Of a DNA stretch of 64,000 nucleotides, positions 51,083-64,000 are shown in pieces. Position numbers and translations under genes: made by a program. The DNA is from Octopus sinensis. Lineage: Eukaryota. The notes under the pieces are model-generated. The model was not told where the DNA came from. It worked only from the letters and a program-made list of their open reading frames with translations, and made no database searches. Each line of letters begins with the position of its first letter. Positions within the stretch are counted from its first letter, which is position 1. The stretch is taken from positions 1,488,001 through 1,552,000 of the forward strand of contig NC_043009.1 in the NCBI RefSeq assembly GCF_006345805.1, read 5' to 3'.

Positions 51083-53938
51083 CATGTTTGATACAAGTGC
51101 TTCGGGGTAAACACTTATGTACTGAGGATGCTGCTGTCCCCCATCTCCAAATACAGTCACTGATGTCTCATCAGGTGTCTTCATCACTGTCACGGAAACA
51201 TGGGCGCATTCCTTACTCTGTGATGGGGTTTTCAACATTACGGGGTACAACCTCTTCCGTAAGGACCGCACTAACCGCCGTGGTGGTGGTGTGATGGTCT
51301 ACGTTCGTTCAAATTTTTTGGTAATTCCTTGTGCCGATTTGAACGAATCACAAGAAGAAGTTTTTTTTCTGTGACGTGCGTATGACCATGTCAACACTCC
51401 TGCTTGGCATTGTTTATCGTCCCCCAAGTTACCATCGGGACACACAGCTTTGCAATGTCCTCCGAGCTGCTGCCAGGAAAACAGCCACTTATGTGTTTAT
51501 TGCAGGCGATTTCAATCATCCTGAGATCGATTGGGAGACCTTCCATTGGCCACAGAGTGCAAACGATTTTGTTGAGCTTGTGCTGGACTCAAACTGGTCA
51601 CAAGTAGTCACCTCTCCAACAAGAGGCGACAACACCTTGGACCTGCTCTTCACCACAACTCCTGAAGCGGTTATCAATTGCACTACGGAGGAACCTCTAG
51701 GTGACTCTGATCATGCTATGATCATCGCCAATCTGGCTCTTGCGGGCAACAAAACCCTGAACCATCTCCAATCTGCTTCCTTCGATTGGAAGAGAGCAGA
51801 TTGGAACCTGTACCACACTGAACTACAGCACCCAAACTGGCGTGAATTCTACAACTCTGGAGATGTGAATACTATACTCCAGAGTATCCTGGACTCAATA
51901 TGGGCAGCATGTGCAGCATCAGTGCCACGTAAACAAAAAAAGAAGAACCGCCCCAAAGGGCAATTTGGGAAACTTCAGCGGTCCGACTTGCCAGGAGGGA
52001 ACGTCGGACTGCTGAACGGGAATACAGGTTGCATAAATCAGACACCAACAGGAAGAAGCGGAATAAATCCTCCAACCATCTCAAGCAAGTGACAAAAAAG
52101 CAGTGCTTGAATTTGAACAGTGCATAGCAGCCAATCCTGACAGCAAGGTTTTCTGGAAATATGTGCACTCAAAGCAGAGACCTCACTCTCCAGTGGGCCC
52201 TCTTCGCAACCCTCACACAAACCAGATCACTGACGACCCCAAGGAATGCGCAGAACTCATTGCCGAGTACTATGCAAACATATTCACTGTTGAAAGTCAA
52301 AATGTACCATCTTCACCATCACTAACAGCAAACTCCATAACAACTATGGAATTTACACCTGCAATGCTGCGACGTCACCTTCAAAATAGCGCACAACTAT
52401 GCCTCCCCTGGTCTCGATGGAGTTACATACCTGCTTCTCAAACGTGGCAGGCACTTCCTTTTACACCAGCTTTCTATTTTCTTCCAGTACTGTCTCAACA
52501 ATGGTGCTACTCCGGAGCAGTGGAAAACTGCCAGTGTCATTCCTCTGTTCAAAAAGGGCGACCGCACATCACCTGTCAACTATCGCCCAGTCAGTCTCAC
52601 TAGCTGTATTGCAAATTGATGGAATCGTGTGTCAGAGAAACACTCTGGAACTTCTGGAGCTCTCACAGTCTCATCCGACCCTCACAATATGGATTTGTCC
52701 CTAACTCCAGCTGCAGTGACCAGCTTGTCGAGTTCCTTGAGGACATTACTCAGATTACTGACAGTGGCTCATGGGTGGATGTTGTCTACCTTGACTTTGC
52801 TAAGGCTTTCAACTCTGTGCCACACAAAAGGCTTATGGTGAAACTCTCTGCAATGGGTGTGGGGATGACCTTTTTAACTGGTTGAAATCCTTCATCCTCA
52901 GCCGAAAGGAGGTAGTCACAGTTCTAGGACAGCACTCTACACCATATGAGATGTCATCGGGTGTACCACAGGGATCTGTCCTTGGTCCCCTCTTGTTTGT
53001 GGCATACATTAACGACATAGATGCCAATTTAAAGAATGCCACAGTATTGAAATATGCAGACGACATCAAGCTGTACCTTGAAATCAAGAGGACAGATCCT
53101 GATGTCTACAACTCTTTCCTGCAATCAGACCTAGACACAATGCAGCAATGGATCACAGACTGGCAACTGAAACTGGCTGTGGACAAGTGTACCACCATGC
53201 ATTTTGGGAGAAAAAAACCCTGCGTTCACTTACTCCCTCCACAACACTGATATCAAGAAATCCTCTTGCGAGCGTGACCTAGGCATCACTGTCAGCAGTG
53301 ATTTGCGTTGGTCAAAGCATATCTCTAAGATTGTCAGGAAGGCCGAGGGTGTCTTGGCATCACTCAGCAGGTCTTTTTTAGCCGCTCTCCAGCTATCTAT
53401 TTAAAACTGTATACAGCTATGGTACGACCACACTTGGAATTCGCATCATCAGTTTGGAACCCCTATCTTGCACAGAACATTGACCTCCTGGAATCTGTCC
53501 AGAGACGTGCAACCAAACGCATACCCTCCATCAGACACCTACCATATTCTGAGCGCCTTGTTTCCCTGGGCATGGATTCACTGAAGCTCTGGCGTTTGGC
53601 GACGGACTTGGTAAACACCCACAAAGTTATCAACCACCTCACCAACAACAACACTGAACACCTTTTTGATCTCCATGTGTCTAACACACGTGGACATGCC
53701 TACAAAGTCAGAAAACAATACAGCTCCCATGACTTTCGGAAACATTTTTTCACGCTCAGAGTTGCTGAAGCATGGAATAAACTGCCTGCGTCAGTTGTTG
53801 ACTGCCATGACACTGCATCTTTTAAGGCCCTCATGCTTTCCGAAATCCGCCGAAACTACACCTGATTATATATACACTTTAGATGAGTTGTAGTGCACCT
53901 GAGCACTGTACACAATTATTATTATTATTATTATTATT
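51083..53938 (+). mobile_element. CR1-clade LINE, nearly complete ORF2 (APE endonuclease + RT) with multiple frameshifts/stops
   Basis: TETW, GYNLFRKDR...GGGV, GIVYRPP, GDFNHP, TRGDNTLDLLF, SDH (APE); NYRPVSLTS, QYGF, YLDFAKAFNSVPH, GVPQGSVLGPLLF, YADDIKLY, VRPHLEFAS.VWNPY (RT and C-terminus); (ATT)n tail. Confidence 0.93.
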
Positions 53939-56111
53939 AAAATAGCTCTGTGGATGTTTCAGCTCTTTCCACCGGGACACCAAACCCACCCAGGAATCAC
54001 CCAGCCACGTGGGTGATGAAACCCTTGCAAAAAAGCACAAAACTATTTGTCTTGAATGAGGACAGAAAACTGAATTAATGCAGGTTTCACATTTTGCTAG
54101 AAATACCAATCAAATCTCTGTGAAATTATACACCCTGCCTGTCTAAAAGGTACAGAAGGATATAAAATAGATATGCTGTATGAAAAACAAAAAAAAAAAA
54201 AGGACTAGGATGGTCATGGTTGGAATATCTTTGATTATCTTCAATCTTTTCACTTATTTCAGTCATTAAAGCATGGCCATGCTGGGGCAGTACCTTGAAG
54301 AAATCTTCATAGAATGAATTGACTCCAAGACTTGTTTTTTTTTTTAAAGTCTGTACTTATTCTATCAATCTCTTTTACCAAATAGCTAGAGTATGGGGAT
54401 GTCAACACACCAACACCGGTTGTCATTTTTTTTTCGTTTACTTGTTTGAGTCATTGGACTGTGGCAGTGCTGGAGCATCATCTTGAGTTTACTCAATCAA
54501 ATTTACCAAAGTATTTATTTTTAAGTCTGGTGCCATATCTATCAGACTCCTTTTATGTCAAACCTCTTAGTTATGGGGATGTAAGTAAACCAACACTGAC
54601 TGTCAAACAGTGGAAAACAAACACATACACACACACGGTGGGTTTCTACATAGGTTCCATCCATCAAAAGTCATTCGCAAGGCATTGGTTAATCTATGGC
54701 TATAGCAGAGGGCATTTGCCTAAGGTGCTGTGCAGTGAGATTGAACTTGAAGGCACATAGTTATGAAGTGAATGTCTTAACCACACAGCCATTCTGGTAC
54801 CATATGTCTGTCTTTAGAGGATGAATGGCAACACTGATAACCATTTTCAGGGCCTCCAAGACTGGTGGGACGAAAGGAGGAATATATGTTCAGATAGGAG
54901 AAGTGGTCTGAATGCTAGCAACTGAGGACCTTATGACAGTATTTAACATGGCCAACAGATTAAGTCTACCACACAAGAATATGTCCAATCCTCTTAAAGA
55001 GCTGCAAAACAGTTTCTGCTTCACTGATTTCCCCTCTCTCTGTCTTTGGCCACCTGTTTCTGCCGCTCCATTACACTTGAACCTTCCATCATCTGACACA
55101 AGATCCCCTCCTCCTCAAATGCCTCCTCTCCTCTCAAAGGATCTTTGTCTTACAAGTTACTTGGTGACCCTGCCAATATTGATGCCAGACAAAACGCATC
55201 CAGTCCACATAGTAAAGTGGTTGGCATTTGGAAGGGCATCCAGCAGTAAAAACATGCCAAAACTGACCTCACCTGTGCTTGTACCATGTAAAAAGCACTC
55301 TACTCTGCTGGGTGGTTGGTGTTAAGAAGGGCATCCAGCCGTAAAAACCCTGCCAAAACAGATACAGAAGTGTGTTGCAGGCTCCTGCCTGGCCAGCTCC
55401 CGTCAGACCATCCCACCCATGGTAGCATGGAAGGTGGATGTTAAATGATGATGAGGATTTTCATTTATGAGGGGTCAAATTAACCTGAGGTTATAGTAGA
55501 AGATATTTATCCCAAAGAGTTGTGCTATACCCACTAAATTCTGTATTTTCAAAATGAACTTCAAAACCAGGCCCAAGCAACCTTTCCTTGAGCAGTGGGC
55601 CATATGAGGAATATCAGGAGGTGGCCACACCACTAAAAACACATTTTTTTGTTAGGCATGGCATTCAGACAGTCCCCCCCCCCCGTGGGCCAGTGAGCTC
55701 CTGGCTGTTCTAAACCATACAGCTATGTCTGCATAATCAGGGTTGACTAGGGGCTAAAAAAGAAATAATAAAACCCAAATCCCTAAAACAACAACTTTCT
55801 CTCCCCCCCACCCGTTCTGCCTCTTTCCCCAACACCACCACATCCATTGCCTCTTTCTCTATCACTGACCTACTTACCTATTTTAACTATGGTGGTGGTG
55901 GTGAAGAAAGGAAATAAATGGTAAACAAAGGTAAATAATTACATGCATGTAGACACACAAACAAACAAACATACTGACATGACTATCATTTACTTGACAT
56001 ATGACTAAGAAAGTTGTTTACAAATTAAGTCACAACATCAAAAACTGGCATTCTAAACTTACCTGACACAGAAAATTATATTAGATACACATTGACATAC
56101 ACAGCATGCAT

Positions 56112-56150
<39 letters not shown>

Positions 56151-56177
56151 AAAAATGTTTATATATTCATACACACT

Positions 56178-56232
<55 letters not shown>

Positions 56233-56289
56233 GTTAATCCAAACATGGAAACACAACAACGTGAGGACGTGGAACAAATAACACATACA

Positions 56290-56770
56290 CAGGGTGTCCC
56301 AAAAATCACTGATAGGTTTCAATTTTTAATAACTTCTTTAACTTTACAAATAAATGCATGAAATTATGATGCAATATAAAAGGACATAATGGAAATTAAA
56401 ATGCAAAAGTCAAATAATGCAACACCACTACATCACATATGAAAAATGACATTGCTTAAATGGTAGACATTTTCGACTTCGCATGCCCGTGCTCTTTCCA
56501 AAATTTGCACCATAACACCCTCAAGAGTTTCGGACCCCACTTCTCTGATTTCTCTATTGATGTTCTCCTTCAGTTGCACCAGTTTGTTGATGTCGACTTT
56601 CTCTTTCAGGCATCCCCACAAGAAAGAATCCAGGATAGTCAAGTCTGGGGAACATGAAGGCCAGTTGACATTGCCATAGGGAGAGATTATTCTCTCCCCA
56701 AATCACTGACGCAGCAACTGCATTGTTTCTCTTGCGGTATCGGCAGTTTCCCCATCTTGCTGGGGCCATG
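56290..56770 (-). mobile_element. mariner/maT-like transposon 3' end (transposase C-terminus relic plus TIR)
   Basis: QDGAP-like motif, WPSCSPDLTILDSFLWGCLKEKV..LVQLKENINREI; terminal CAGGGTGTCCC. Confidence 0.8.
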
Positions 56771-57093
56771 TGTGAGGTCTACTTTGAATACATACGCATA
56801 CACATATATGAATGTGTGTGTGCATTTCATTATCATTTAATGTCTATTTTCCGTGTTGACATGGTTTATAAATACTATATGTAGTGTTAGACAGCTTAAA
56901 TAGATATACATAATATTTGGCTGAAATTGATGAATGAGCATTTGGCCCAACTGGATGTGCATGTAGCCATGTAAGCATTGATATGTGGGTTCAATTCTGG
57001 CAAGGTTAGCTCATCATTTTTCAGTCAATTTGTTTTATATAATTGTTGCTGTAAATCAGAGAATATATATTATTATAGCTATTATTGTATGTA

Positions 57094-57209
<116 letters not shown>

Positions 57210-57471
57210 ATATATATATATATATAAATAATGAGAGAGATGGAAGATATGAGAATGTTTATTAATCACCACAAATAGGTTGAAACTGTTGTAGTGATTA
57301 ATAAACATTCTTCCATTTTCCGTCTCTCTCAATCAAATATCCAACAAACACTGTGAAAGTGAATGTGCTTTACCAGCAAGCTACCAGGAGTATACCATAT
57401 GATTTATTAACTAATAATAAATAAATATTAGAAATATTGCTTTACTTATACAGTAAAGATTTCAGAGGCGA

Positions 57472-57586
57472 ATAAGCATCAACAGCTAGCAAGCCAAGTG
57501 ACTCCTGACTGATGAAGAGCAATGACTCTGAAACTAGTCTCTGGTTGCTGGCTTGGTTGCTGGCTTTGCTGGGCTGAGGTGCTTAT
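57472..57586 (+). ncRNA. minimal type-I hammerhead ribozyme with intact core and extended stem I
   Basis: CCTGA-CTGATGA(57509-57515)-AGAG(caatga)CTCT-GAAAC-TA-GTC(57539)-TCTGG; palindromic stem III ACTAGT. Distal pairings AGCAAGCCA/TGGCTT(T)GCT and ATAAGCATC/GGTGCTTAT. Confidence 0.7.
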
Positions 57587-57728
57587 CTCTCTTGTTTGAA
57601 AACTTAAGGACACAGAACGTTTGTGTCACATAGCCAACTGGAAATTACGTTTCTTGGGACTAAATAGCAGTAGTATTCTTCTCTTTCCTGGGACTGCCAT
57701 AATAAGTTGGCAACAAACTATCATTCAG

Positions 57729-57779
<51 letters not shown>

Positions 57780-59461
57780 AAGCACTTCGGTCGAGCATTG
57801 AGGTCAATGTAATCAATTTAACTACTCTTGGGTAAGAGCATAAAAACTGCACACTTTTGCCAAGCTATGTTGAGCTAATGTGGCAGAGTGAACTCATCAA
57901 ACCAGTATGATCTCAAGCTCAAATTCATGGTCCTGCATTAGATTGGGGTTGGTGGAGAGAACATGCTGAAGCCTTCAACCTGCAGAGGTTTGAACAGAGT
58001 ATACTTTGGATTCGATTCCCTAAGTGCATACATAGTGGCACACTGATTTTCCCACGGAACCAATACTGGTGCCATAATACCCCTGGTTACAACCTGGAAT
58101 ACTTTTGATCACAGACATGCTTACTGAGTCAGGGCTGAACTGGGCTTAAAACAACAACGAAAAATACTAATAAACACCATCATAGCTATTACCTGTAAAT
58201 TAAGTCAATGGGGGAGTTCCTTCATTGTTGATTGATCTGCTAGAAATAGTGACCAAATTTCACTCAAATCAAATCATCTGTGGCGTAACGAATAGGGGAG
58301 CAAGTGGTGCAACTGTCCCTTTGAGCACATTTCTCAAAATTGGTGCCTTTTGAACAATTTCTTTTTGTTAATTTGTTAGTTACATTTCATACAAAATGAC
58401 ATTGTTACTGAAACCTGAAATTAATGTGGAATACGTCATCATCATCATCATCATTCAGCATCCATTTTCCATGCTGGCATGGGTTGGACAGTTTGACAGA
58501 AGCTGGGCAGCTGAAAGGCTGTTCAGGCTCCCTGTCTGTTTGGGCATGGGTTTCCATGGCTGGACGATCCTTCCTAAGTCCAACCACTTCTCAGAGTTTT
58601 ACTGAGTGCTTTGACGCAGCACCTGGCACCAACACTTAACAGCCTGCGAGATTAGGGATGCCCAGCTGGAGAGGGCTGCAAGGGACCAACCTATATGAAA
58701 GGGCAACCACACTTTTACTTAGCTTGGTAGGTCTTTTCAAGAGCAGCTAACAGCCAGGAGTCCCGGTCCCCTGCCATCCTTTCTATGCATATTATGACTC
58801 ATGAAATATTTCACAGAAGGGAAATGAATTAAATATTGTTTGGTACGTGTCATGGGCCCCTTTTTTTCATAAGTTTGCTCCCCCTAATTTTAGAACCTGG
58901 CTATGCCTCTACACACCATACCATCTTGAAGAAAACAACACATTGTGAATAAAGCGTTCATGGGTTCTGTTGTACACAGAAAATAGATGGGAAGGTCATG
59001 GGTGGAAAAACAAAAACCTTTGCTCAAATTAGGTACGACCTGGTTGGCCAAATAGCAACAACATTGGACAATTACTTTCTTGGTTACCACCACCACCACC
59101 ACACAACATCACTGCCACATCTATCACCACCTCCACTGCCACCACTACTACAAGACTTACTATTACTAATGCAAAAACAGCAAATAAAAAGAAAAAAAAG
59201 CAAAATAAACATGATAAATGATAAAAAACAAATACTGACTGAAAATCTCGAAGTTGTAAATGATTTATCTGCACACGAGAGTGTGTGTGGTGTGTGTGGT
59301 GTGTGTGTGTGTGTGTGTATGCCTGTGTGTGTGTGTGTGTGTGTGAAAAGAGAGAGAGAGAGAGAGAGATTTGTCAGTTGATGTCAAGTTTATTGGTGAA
59401 ATATAATACATTTGACAGCAGTCCAGGTTTAACATGAAACATGGTGTCATAATAAATACAG

Positions 59462-59504
<43 letters not shown>

Positions 59505-60076
59505 TTATTCTCATGTAAGTTATATATAAATATATCAGCATGGAAATATCTGTGTGTGCTTAGCTATATACGTGCGTATTTGGCTCTGTATGCATATGCC
59601 TGTGTGTGTGCGTGTGTGTGTATTCTTTTATTTGTTTCAGTCATTTGATTGCAGCCATGCTGGAGCACTGACTTTAGTCGAACAAATCAACCCCAGGATT
59701 TATTCTTTGTAAGCTTAGTACTTATTCTATCGGTCTCTTTTGCCGAACTGCTAAGTTATGGGGACATAAACACACCAACATCGGTTGTCAAGTGATGATG
59801 GGTGGGGGGACAAACGCAGATACACAAAGACACACACATATATATGACGGGCTTCTTTCAGTTTCCGTCTGCCAGATCCACTCACAAGGCTGCCACAGGA
59901 CTGTTCATTTTTGCCAGCTGAGTGAACTGTGGAGCAATGTGAAATTAAAGGTTTTACTAAAAAACACAACACGTCGCCCGGTTTAGGAATTGAAACCACA
60001 ATCTTACGATCATGAGTCCAATGTCTTAACCACTAAGCCATGTGCCTCAACAGTGCTGGGAACAATGTTAAGTAAC

Positions 60077-60372
60077 TCATCATCATCATTTAGGCGCTGT
60101 TGGACGGTTCAACTGGGGTCTGTGAAGCCAGAAGGCTGCATCAGGCCCAGTCTGATCTGGCAGTGATTCTACGGCTAGATGCCCTTCCTAACGCCAACCA
60201 CTCTGTGAGTGTAGTGGGTGCTTTTTAGGTGCCACCCGCACAGGTGCCAGATGGAGCTGGCAAACGGCCATGGACGGATGGTGCTTTTTACGTGCCACCG
60301 GCACGGGGGCCAGGTGAGGCTGGCAACGGCCACGGATGGATGGTGCTTTTTACGTGCCACCGGCACGGGGGC
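60077..60372 (-). mobile_element. RTEX-like LINE 3' UTR-only copy
   Basis: Reverse complement of the 47690-48050 UTR with three GGCACGTAAAAAGCACC motifs. Confidence 0.85.
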
Positions 60373-60984
60373 CTTCTTTCAAAATTGTAGGAGACACTTG
60401 CCCAAATGCCACACAGTGGGACTGAACCTGAAACGATCTGGTTACTGAGCAAGCTTCTGTACCACACAACCTTTGTCTACAGTTTATGTTTAAGCTCTTT
60501 AAATTTCCATAATGAACGATGATGATGATAATTATTGCCCCAATTATTTAACTGAACCAGCTGACCAACCAGCCAGCCAGCCAGCCAACCTGACTCCAAT
60601 CTGTATCATTGACCTAGAGTTTCTTGGGAATTGTCAACATTTGCTCCATACCGTTTTTTGTTTTGTTTTTGTTTTTACATTATGTTTATATTTGGTAGCA
60701 ATTTGAAAGAGAACAATGCAGGAATTTCCTTTGTACGAAGAGAGAGAGTTTTCTTTGTTCATTTTCTGTGTGTGTGTATGAGTGTGCATATACATAATAT
60801 ATATACACATATATAAATATGTATTTATGTGTATATATGTGTTTGTGTATTTATATATACATGTGTGTATGTGTATATATATATACATGTGTGTATGTGT
60901 ATATATATATACATGTGTGTATGTGTATATATAATATATATATATACATATATATAAATATATGTATTATATATACAATGTGTG

Positions 60985-61032
<48 letters not shown>

Positions 61033-61093
61033 TATAAATATATGTATATATATATATATATATGTATATTAAATATATGTATATATATATATA

Positions 61094-61457
61094 TGTAAAA
61101 ATTAGTGTACATTTAAACACAAAGAGAGGTGAGCCATAACAGGTCGTCTTACATGCTAGTAGGAACAGTCAAAAGTCTAAACCACAGTTAAGAGCAATTT
61201 CGAAGGGAATGAAAAATAAAAATATTTCCCATGTTTTACAGGTGGACCTTAGGTTTCAATCTTTAATTAGCAAATAAAATGATTTGCAAGGCAAAGTTCT
61301 CATCAGCGGGTACGCCAAACATTGATATATGTTTTTATTTTTCATTCCCTTCGAAATTGCTCTTAACTGTGGTTCAGACTTTTGACTGTTCCTTCTAGCA
61401 TGTAAGACGACCTGTTAAGGCTCAACTCTTTATGTTTAAATGTACACTAATTTTACA
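61094..61457. mobile_element. MITE with about 125-bp TIRs
   Basis: TGTAAAAATTAGTGTACATTTAAAC...TTCGAAGGGAATGAAAAATAAAAA and its near-perfect reverse complement flank about 115 bp of internal sequence. Confidence 0.8.
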
Positions 61458-61552
61458 GGAAAAATATTTCTATTGACTTTGTATACATGCTAGGCCACTG
61501 GTAGGAAATATTTCTATAATTTTTCCTACACTATATTAATTTATATATATAT

Positions 61553-61990
61553 ACCATGCCTGTGCCGGTGGCACATAAAAAGCACTATCCGAACGTGGCC
61601 GATGCCAGCGCCGCCCCGACTGGCTTCTGTGCCGGTGGCACATAAAAAGCACCATCCGAACGTGGTCAATGCCAGCGCCGCTCCTACTGGCTTCTGTGCC
61701 GGTGGCACGTAAAAAGCACCATCCGAACCTTGGCTGGCTTCTGTGCCGCTGGCACATTAAAAGCTCCAACCGATCGTGGCCGATGCCGGACCCCCCCTGG
61801 CACCTGTGCAGGTGGCACGTAAAAAGCACCCACTACACTCGCGGAGTGGTTGGCGTTAGGAAGGGCATCCAGCCGTAGAAACTCTGCCAGATCAGACTGG
61901 AGCAGCCCCTGGCTTCCCAGATCCCGGTCAAACCATCCAACCCGTGCTAGCGCGGAAAACGGACGTTAAACGATGATGATGATGATGATA
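61553..61990 (+). mobile_element. RTEX-like LINE 3' UTR-only copy, young, with 67-bp internal tandem repeats
   Basis: TGTGC(C)GGTGGCAC motifs at 61561, 61628, 61695, 61742 and 61805; ends GTTAAAC(GAT)n. Confidence 0.88.
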
Positions 61991-62702
61991 TATACATATA
62001 CATATGTGTGTGTATTCTTTCATTTGTTTCAATCTTATACTTATGTAAATCTGCTACTTATTCTATTAGTCTCTTTCGCTAAACTGCTAAGTTACAAGGA
62101 TGTAAACAAACCAGCTGAAGGAAGTGTCCTCCTGGGGTTAAAAACAGTAGCAATGTCGGTTCCTGTGGAACGGCCATGTTCAAATGGAAATAAACATTAC
62201 TTCTGAGTATAGTTACAACTTTCATCTCTTATGGGAGATTTTCTAACTAATTACTTTGCTTGTTGCAAGACCAGTGACTGGTTGTCACTTGGTTTTCTAT
62301 ACATTGAGAGCCATGCAGCTGCGGTCATACTGGAGCACCACCGTGTATGTGTGTGTATATATAAATATATATACATGTGTACATGTGTGTCTATGTGACA
62401 AGAGCTGGCCAGGCAGAAGCCTGTACTAGACTTCTTGTGACTGTTTTGGCAGGGTTTTTACAGCTGGATGCCCTTCCTAACGCCAACCCTTCAGCAGAGT
62501 GGACTTGGTGCTTTTTATGTGGCAGAAACACAGGCAAGGTCAGCTTTGGCAAGGTTTCCACGGCTGGAAGCCCTTTCAAATGCTAACCACTCTGCAGTGT
62601 GGACTGGGTGCTTTTAAGAGGTACCTGCACTGACAATATGTATAAGTTCCACATTTAAATTTTATATATTTATAATTTTAAAGTGGAATTATACAACCAA
62701 AT

Positions 62703-62762
<60 letters not shown>

Positions 62763-62795
62763 CTTGAGTATGTGGGTGGGAAGATGTGTAGACCA

Positions 62796-63080
62796 TGACA
62801 CCTAAAAAATAGCGATCAATATGTATATGCGTGTGTGTGTGTGTGGGTGTGTGTGTGCATGCCGTGTCTGTGTTGTGAACATTGTATACTTTGGCACAGT
62901 ATGTCATCTAAAGACAATTCTGTGTGTGTATGTGAGTGAGTATATATACACACAGATATATATGTATACACACACATAATTGTCTGTAGATGTCATACTG
63001 TGCCAAAGTACACAATGAACATAATGAACACACACACACACACACACACATACATATTGATTGCTATTTTTTAGGTGTCA
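62796..63080. mobile_element. fold-back element (about 125-bp imperfect arms containing microsatellite)
   Basis: TGACACCTAAAAAATAGCGATCAATATGTA...ACTTTGGCACAGTATGTCATCTAAAGACAATT mirrored by AATTGTCTGTAGATGTCATACTGTGCCAAAGT...TACATATTGATTGCTATTTTTTAGGTGTCA. Confidence 0.7.
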
Positions 63081-64000
63081 ATATATGTATGTGCTTGTGT
63101 GTGTGTGCTTGTATGTGTTTATGTATGTGTGTGGTGTGTATATGTATGTACATATGTTTCTGTTTAAAAAATGACTCATTTTCCTGAATCAATCTTGAAA
63201 CTGACATATTTTTAGTGTTGTGTGTGTGCATGCACACACAGGTGAGCATGTGTGTGTGTGCAAGATGTGTGTGCACATGCCAGGAAGTGTGTGCGAATGA
63301 GCTCTAAGTGCAAGGTGTGTGTGCGTATGAAAAGCATGCCACTGTGGGTTCAGTAAATGTGTATAAACCCTCTCCCCACTCATTGGCTGTGCTCCTCAAT
63401 GTTAAGGGTCACATTTGGTTGTTGGTCCAGTTAGAAATACGACTGCATCTCTCTCAGTCCTCTTCACTGATGACACCAGATCAAATCTGGTCACAGGAAG
63501 CAGTGTGTTGTATATCATCATCATCATCATAATAATAATCAGGAGAATGAGTTGTAGATATACAGCTTAGCTGCAAATTCTCAGTAAGCAGTCCCAGACA
63601 AAATCATGGGTTGCCTTTTGGCAAGGTATAGCACCCATTGGATACCCTGTTAAGGTCACAGTGAAATCATGAAGTTCTGAAGAGAGCAGAAATGTCACTA
63701 TCACAGGAAAGCGGAATGGATTCGGGAATTGAAATGCAAGGAATGAAAAAAATACTTTGGATTTCTTCCTACTTTGCAGAACAAATGATAAGTTTGTGAA
63801 TCTCAGGCTGGGAAACCCATCAGTTTGACTGGTACAGTAATTGTCTATAGCAGTGGTTCTCAGCAAGGATCCATATGGCCCCTAAGGGTTCATATGAGAT
63901 ATTTAGGGGTTCAAGCATATATATGTATGTATATGTTCGTATATGTAAGTATTCGTATATTATATGTATATATATATGTGTGCATTTATGTTACTATCTG

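Noticed and set aside
61561-61830. Regularly spaced repeats resembling a CRISPR array
   Set aside because: The inter-motif sequences are themselves repeated rather than unique spacers, they lie in a LINE 3' UTR, and the context is eukaryotic with no cas genes.
63467-63500. CTGATGA followed by hairpin ACCAGA/TCTGGT
   Set aside because: No GAAA core follows the hairpin.

Overview
Repeat-saturated, AT-rich animal genomic DNA, most consistent with an octopod cephalopod (Octopus). This is inferred from the repeat complement, not from a diagnostic gene. I recognise no host protein-coding gene, and almost all ORFs in the track are translated microsatellites. The window contains: dozens of tRNA-derived SINE copies from at least four families; 5'-truncated or frameshifted LINEs (Tx1/L1-like at 1.8-3.1 kb, RTE at 36.6-37.1 kb, RTEX-like at 46.7-48.1 kb plus many 3'-UTR-only copies, CR1-clade ORF2 at 51.1-53.9 kb); Tc1/mariner transposase relics; several MITEs; and a 100-N gap. 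Less routine observations are: (i) minimal type-I hammerhead ribozyme motifs from about four unrelated repeat families, one with an intact catalytic core at 57.5 kb; (ii) a CpG-rich ~742-bp tandem array of ~2.9 units with structured-RNA-like segments; (iii) a Tx1-like element sitting inside a (GATA)n array; (iv) a symmetric NRF1-ETS-ETS-NRF1 promoter-like island; (v) a perfect spacer-less 98-bp palindrome. All calls were made by eye; no searches were run. Boundaries of degraded repeats are approximate.
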